Source: TPA_inf: Saccharomyces | Taxonomy: Eukaryota | Reading direction: 5' to 3' | Assembly: GCA_000146045.2 (NCBI GenBank) | Contig: BK006939.2 | Span: 512,001-576,000, forward strand | Length of the DNA: 64,000 nt | In this document: one piece after another, positions 59,524 to 64,000 of the stretch | Position numbering within the stretch: position 1 is the first letter of the stretch | Layout of the letters: every line of letters starts with the position of its first letter | Made by a program: the position numbers and the translations under genes | Notes under the pieces: generated by a model | What the model was told of the DNA's origin: nothing | The model's database searches: none | Seen by the model: the letters and a program-made list of their open reading frames with translations, nothing else

Positions 59524-62500
59524 AAAGGATTACGATACCCTTTCTCTTTTTTACCTCAACAGAGGATACTATAATGAGTTGAGTTTCCGTGTCCTGGAAC
59601 GTTGTCACGAAAAAGCGAGTGCTAGGCCGAACGACAGCTCTACGATGCGTACTTTCACTGACTTTGTTTCCGGCGCACCTATTGTAAGGAGTCTTCAGAA
59701 AAGTACCATAAGGAAATATGGGTACAATTTGGCACCCTACATGTTTTTGTTACTACACGTAGATGAGCTATCGATTTTTTCTGCATACCAAGCAAGTTTA
59801 CCTGGCGAAAAGAAAGTCGACACAGAGCGGCTGAAGCGTGATCTATGCCCACGTAAACCCACTGAGATAAAGTACTTTTCACAGATATGTAACGATATGA
59901 TGAACAAAAAGGACCGATTGGGTGATATTTTGCATATTATCTTGCGAGCATGTGCGCTCAATTTCGGGGCGGGTCCCCGTGGTGGCGCTGGTGACGAAGA
60001 GGATCGATCCATTACGAATGAAGAACCCATTATTCCCTCTGTGGACGAGCATGGCTTGAAAGTATGTAAGTTGCGCAGTCCTAACACTCCACGAAGACTC
60101 AGAAAAACACTAGATGCCGTGAAAGCTTTATTGGTGTCGTCTTGTGCTTGTACCGCAAGGGATTTAGATATATTTGATGACAACAACGGCGTTGCGATGT
60201 GGAAATGGATCAAAATTCTGTACCACGAAGTAGCGCAGGAAACCGCGCTGAAGGACTCTTATAGAATAACTTTGGTACCTTCTTCTGATGGTGTATCAGT
60301 ATGTGGAAAACTGTTTAATCGCGAGTATGTCCGCGGCTTTTACTTTGCATGCAAGGCTCAGTTTGATAACCTTTGGGAAGAATTGAACGACTGCTTTTAT
60401 ATGCCTACAGTGGTTGATATTGCCAGCCTCATTTTGCGTAATCGAGAAGTTTTGTTCAGAGAGCCAAAGCGAGGAATTGACGAGTATCTGGAGAACGATT
60501 CTTTCCTTCAAATGATACCTGTTAAATATCGTGAAATTGTGCTGCCCAAGTTGAGAAGAGATACTAACAAAATGACCGCGGCTCTTAAAAATAAAGTCAC
60601 TGTTGCAATTGACGAGCTTACGGTGCCACTTATGTGGATGATCCATTTTGCCGTAGGATACCCTTACCGTTATCCAGAGCTTCAGCTACTCGCTTTTGCC
60701 GGTCCTCAGCGCAACGTATACGTCGATGATACAACAAGACGCATCCAACTGTACACTGATTACAACAAGAACGGTTCATCGGAGCCTCGACTTAAGACGC
60801 TTGACGGACTCACTTCAGATTACGTGTTTTATTTTGTCACTGTGCTAAGGCAAATGCAAATATGTGCGCTTGGTAACAGTTATGACGCTTTTAATCATGA
60901 TCCTTGGATGGATGTGGTGGGATTTGAGGATCCAGATCAAGTAACAAATCGAGACATTTCGAGGATAGTTTTGTATTCCTACATGTTTCTGAATACCGCG
61001 AAGGGCTGTCTGGTTGAATACGCAACTTTTCGGCAGTACATGAGGGAACTTCCGAAGAATGCACCTCAGAAGCTGAATTTTCGGGAGATGCGTCAGGGGT
61101 TGATTGCCCTAGGACGGCACTGCGTAGGTAGCAGATTTGAAACAGATTTGTACGAGTCGGCGACGAGTGAACTCATGGCCAATCATTCCGTTCAAACAGG
61201 GCGAAATATTTACGGTGTGGATTCCTTTTCGTTAACTAGTGTCAGTGGGACGACCGCCACTTTATTGCAGGAACGAGCTTCCGAGCGCTGGATTCAATGG
61301 TTAGGCCTTGAAAGCGACTACCATTGTTCATTCTCTAGTACTCGGAATGCGGAAGACGTAGTGGCAGGTGAGGCGGCGAGTTCAGATCATCATCAAAAAA
61401 TTTCAAGAGTAACGCGAAAAAGGCCCCGAGAGCCCAAGAGTACAAACGATATCCTCGTCGCAGGCCAGAAACTCTTTGGCAGCTCCTTTGAATTCAGGGA
61501 CTTGCATCAGTTGCGCTTATGTCATGAAATATACATGGCAGACACACCCTCTGTGGCAGTACAGGCCCCACCGGGCTATGGTAAGACGGAGTTATTTCAT
61601 CTCCCCTTGATAGCACTGGCGTCTAAGGGCGACGTGAAATATGTGTCGTTTCTGTTTGTACCGTACACAGTGTTGCTTGCTAATTGCATGATCAGGTTGA
61701 GCCGATGCGGTTGCTTGAATGTGGCCCCTGTAAGAAACTTTATTGAAGAAGGTTGCGATGGCGTTACTGATTTATACGTGGGGATCTACGATGATCTTGC
61801 TAGCACTAATTTCACAGACAGGATAGCTGCGTGGGAGAATATTGTTGAGTGCACCTTTAGGACCAACAACGTAAAATTGGGTTACCTCATTGTAGATGAG
61901 TTTCACAACTTTGAAACGGAGGTCTACCGGCAGTCGCAATTTGGGGGCATAACTAACCTTGATTTTGACGCTTTTGAGAAAGCAATCTTTTTGAGCGGCA
62001 CAGCACCTGAGGCTGTAGCTGATGCTGCGTTGCAGCGTATTGGGCTTACGGGACTGGCCAAGAAGTCGATGGACATCAACGAGCTCAAACGGTCGGAAGA
62101 TCTCAGCAGAGGTCTATCCAGCTATCCAACACGGATGTTTAATCTAATCAAGGAGAAATCCGAGGTGCCTTTAGGGCATGTTCATAAAATTTGGAAGAAA
62201 GTGGAATCACAGCCCGAAGAAGCACTGAAGCTTCTTTTAGCCCTCTTTGAAATTGAACCAGAGTCGAAGGCCATTGTAGTTGCAAGCACAACCAACGAAG
62301 TGGAAGAATTGGCCTGCTCTTGGAGAAAGTATTTTAGGGTGGTATGGATACACGGGAAGCTGGGTGCTGCAGAAAAGGTGTCTCGCACAAAGGAGTTTGT
62401 CACTGACGGTAGCATGCGAGTTCTCATCGGAACGAAATTAGTGACTGAAGGAATTGACATTAAGCAATTGATGATGGTGATCATGCTTGATAATAGACTT

Positions 62501-64000
62501 AATATTATTGAGCTCATTCAAGGCGTAGGGAGACTAAGAGATGGGGGCCTCTGTTATCTATTATCTAGAAAAAACAGTTGGGCGGCAAGGAATCGTAAGG
62601 GTGAATTACCACCGATTAAGGAAGGCTGTATAACCGAACAGGTACGCGAGTTCTATGGACTTGAATCAAAGAAAGGAAAAAAGGGCCAGCATGTTGGATG
62701 CTGTGGCTCCAGGACAGACCTGTCTGCTGACACAGTGGAACTGATAGAAAGAATGGACAGATTGGCTGAAAAACAGGCGACAGCTTCCATGTCGATCGTT
62801 GCGTTACCGTCTAGCTTCCAGGAGAGCAATAGCAGTGACAGGTGCAGAAAGTATTGCAGCAGTGATGAGGACAGCGACACGTGCATTCATGGTAGTGCTA
62901 ATGCCAGTACCAATGCGACTACCAACTCCAGCACTAATGCTACTACCACTGCCAGCACCAACGTCAGGACTAGTGCTACTACCACTGCCAGCATCAACGT
63001 CAGGACTAGTGCGACTACCACTGAAAGTACCAACTCCAGCACTAATGCTACTACCACTGCCAGCACCAACGTCAGGACTAGTGCTACTACCACTGCCAGC
63101 ATCAACGTCAGGACTAGTGCGACTACCACTGAAAGTACCAACTCCAACACTAGTGCTACTACCACCGAAAGTACCGACTCCAACACTAGTGCTACTACCA
63201 CCGAAAGTACCGACTCCAACACTAGTGCTACTACCACTGCTAGCACCAACTCCAGCACTAATGCCACTACCACTGCTAGCACCAACTCCAGCACTAATGC
63301 CACTACCACTGAAAGTACCAACGCTAGTGCCAAGGAGGACGCCAATAAAGATGGCAATGCTGAGGATAATAGATTCCATCCAGTCACCGACATTAACAAA
63401 GAGTCGTATAAGCGGAAAGGGAGTCAAATGGTTTTGCTAGAGAGAAAGAAACTGAAAGCACAATTTCCCAATACTTCCGAGAATATGAATGTCTTACAGT
63501 TTCTTGGATTTCGGTCTGACGAAATTAAACATCTTTTCCTCTATGGTATTGACGTATACTTCTGCCCAGAGGGAGTATTCACACAATACGGATTATGCAA
63601 GGGCTGTCAAAAGATGTTCGAGCTCTGTGTCTGTTGGGCTGGCCAGAAAGTATCGTATCGGAGGATGGCTTGGGAAGCACTAGCTGTGGAGAGAATGCTG
63701 CGAAATGACGAGGAATACAAAGAATACTTGGAAGACATCGAGCCATATCATGGGGACCCTGTAGGATATTTGAAATATTTTAGCGTAAAAAGGGGAGAGA
63801 TCTACTCTCAGATACAGAGAAATTATGCTTGGTACCTGGCCATTACTAGAAGAAGAGAAACAATTAGTGTATTGGATTCGACAAGAGGCAAGCAAGGGAG
63901 CCAAGTTTTCCGCATGTCTGGAAGGCAGATCAAAGAGTTGTATTATAAAGTATGGAGCAACTTGCGTGAATCGAAGACAGAGGTGCTGCAGTACTTTTTG
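59480..64000 (+). CDS. YRF1-2: Y'-element helicase (YRF1 family), 3'-truncated by the window end. It is absent from the ORF track because it has no stop within the window.
   Basis: The frame (positions congruent to 2 mod 3) is open from the stop at 59417-59419 to nt 64000; the first ATG is at 59480 ([19 protein letters not shown]...). Helicase motifs are present: Walker A PPGYGKTE near 61570, DEFH at about 61895 and TEGIDI near 62450. A Ser/Thr/Asn 12-aa repeat array follows, and the last codons read ...VLQYFL. Confidence 0.8.
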   Translation, partial: MVYTLFQVHTLKFNRKDYDTLSLFYLNRGYYNELSFRVLERCHEKASARPNDSSTMRTFTDFVSGAPIVRSLQKSTIRKYGYNLAPYMFLLLHVDELSIFSAYQASLPGEKKVDTERLKRDLCPRKPTEIKYFSQICNDMMNKKDRLGDILHIILRACALNFGAGPRGGAGDEEDRSITNEEPIIPSVDEHGLKVCKLRSPNTPRRLRKTLDAVKALLVSSCACTARDLDIFDDNNGVAMWKWIKILYHEVAQETALKDSYRITLVPSSDGVSVCGKLFNREYVRGFYFACKAQFDNLWEELNDCFYMPTVVDIASLILRNREVLFREPKRGIDEYLENDSFLQMIPVKYREIVLPKLRRDTNKMTAALKNKVTVAIDELTVPLMWMIHFAVGYPYRYPELQLLAFAGPQRNVYVDDTTRRIQLYTDYNKNGSSEPRLKTLDGLTSDYVFYFVTVLRQMQICALGNSYDAFNHDPWMDVVGFEDPDQVTNRDISRIVLYSYMFLNTAKGCLVEYATFRQYMRELPKNAPQKLNFREMRQGLIALGRHCVGSRFETDLYESATSELMANHSVQTGRNIYGVDSFSLTSVSGTTATLLQERASERWIQWLGLESDYHCSFSSTRNAEDVVAGEAASSDHHQKISRVTRKRPREPKSTNDILVAGQKLFGSSFEFRDLHQLRLCHEIYMADTPSVAVQAPPGYGKTELFHLPLIALASKGDVKYVSFLFVPYTVLLANCMIRLSRCGCLNVAPVRNFIEEGCDGVTDLYVGIYDDLASTNFTDRIAAWENIVECTFRTNNVKLGYLIVDEFHNFETEVYRQSQFGGITNLDFDAFEKAIFLSGTAPEAVADAALQRIGLTGLAKKSMDINELKRSEDLSRGLSSYPTRMFNLIKEKSEVPLGHVHKIWKKVESQPEEALKLLLALFEIEPESKAIVVASTTNEVEELACSWRKYFRVVWIHGKLGAAEKVSRTKEFVTDGSMRVLIGTKLVTEGIDIKQLMMVIMLDNRLNIIELIQGVGRLRDGGLCYLLSRKNSWAARNRKGELPPIKEGCITEQVREFYGLESKKGKKGQHVGCCGSRTDLSADTVELIERMDRLAEKQATASMSIVALPSSFQESNSSDRCRKYCSSDEDSDTCIHGSANASTNATTNSSTNATTTASTNVRTSATTTASINVRTSATTTESTNSSTNATTTASTNVRTSATTTASINVRTSATTTESTNSNTSATTTESTDSNTSATTTESTDSNTSATTTASTNSSTNATTTASTNSSTNATTTESTNASAKEDANKDGNAEDNRFHPVTDINKESYKRKGSQMVLLERKKLKAQFPNTSENMNVLQFLGFRSDEIKHLFLYGIDVYFCPEGVFTQYGLCKGCQKMFELCVCWAGQKVSYRRMAWEALAVERMLRNDEEYKEYLEDIEPYHGDPVGYLKYFSVKRGEIYSQIQRNYAWYLAITRRRETISVLDSTRGKQGSQVFRMSGRQIKELYYKVWSNLRESKTEVLQYFL
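62887..63320. repeat. Tandem array of about twelve 36-nt repeats inside the Y' helicase ORF. It encodes [12 protein letters not shown] / [12 protein letters not shown] / [12 protein letters not shown]-type units.
   Basis: Direct 36-nt periodicity is visible in the sequence. It generates the spurious antisense ORFs 62804..63427 and 62887..63399 and the +frame ORF 62799..63440. Confidence 0.85.

Larger units (their letters stand above)
58331..64000 (+). repeat. Y' subtelomeric element, partial; it continues beyond the window end.
   Basis: It contains the YRF1-type helicase ORF, the characteristic 36-nt repeat array and Y' leader sequence. It is oriented toward the telomere. Confidence 0.7.

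Noticed and set aside
59737-60213. 158-aa minus-strand ORF inside Y'.
   Set aside because: It is antisense to the well-supported Y' helicase frame. Dubious Y' antisense ORFs of this kind are recurrent artefacts.
62799-63440. Three long ORFs (+213 aa, -207 aa, -170 aa) over the Y' 36-nt repeat array.
   Set aside because: They are a product of the stop-codon-free tandem repeat. The real coding frame is the helicase frame (congruent to 2 mod 3).

Overview
This window is nuclear DNA from budding yeast (Saccharomyces cerevisiae). I recognise it from the protein translations and gene order alone; no search was run. It matches the distal ~64 kb of the chromosome V right arm. It begins with the 3' end of PAB1 and runs through DNF1, BCK2, CCA1, RPH1, ADK2, RAD3, BRR2, RAD24, GRX4, TMT1, ECM32, BMH1, PDA1, DMC1 (with its single 92-nt intron), ISC10, SLO1, a tRNA-Ile(AAU) gene with an adjacent Ty1-type solo LTR, FMP10, FAU1, TOG1, PUG1 and YER186C. 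It then enters the subtelomere: a KHS1 killer-toxin reading frame broken by one in-frame TGA, YER188W flanked by two inverted Ty5-like solo LTRs, the X core, the X combinatorial repeats, and a Y' element that carries a frameshift-split YRF1-type helicase ORF running off the window end. Several ORFs in the six-frame track begin at non-ATG codons (TTG/GTG); I trimmed DNF1, CCA1, RPH1, RAD3, BRR2, TMT1, BMH1 and PDA1 to the first ATG that fits the known protein N-terminus. There are no CRISPR arrays, operons or other prokaryotic systems, because this is a eukaryotic chromosome. I do not see an undescribed multi-gene system. The part most worth a second look is the subtelomeric block at about 50.6-57.0 kb. 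It holds an ORF-poor stretch with an ATG-less ORF relic, the KHS1 nonsense allele, a secreted Cys-rich ORF, and inverted LTRs. A few promoter-level motifs elsewhere are also flagged.
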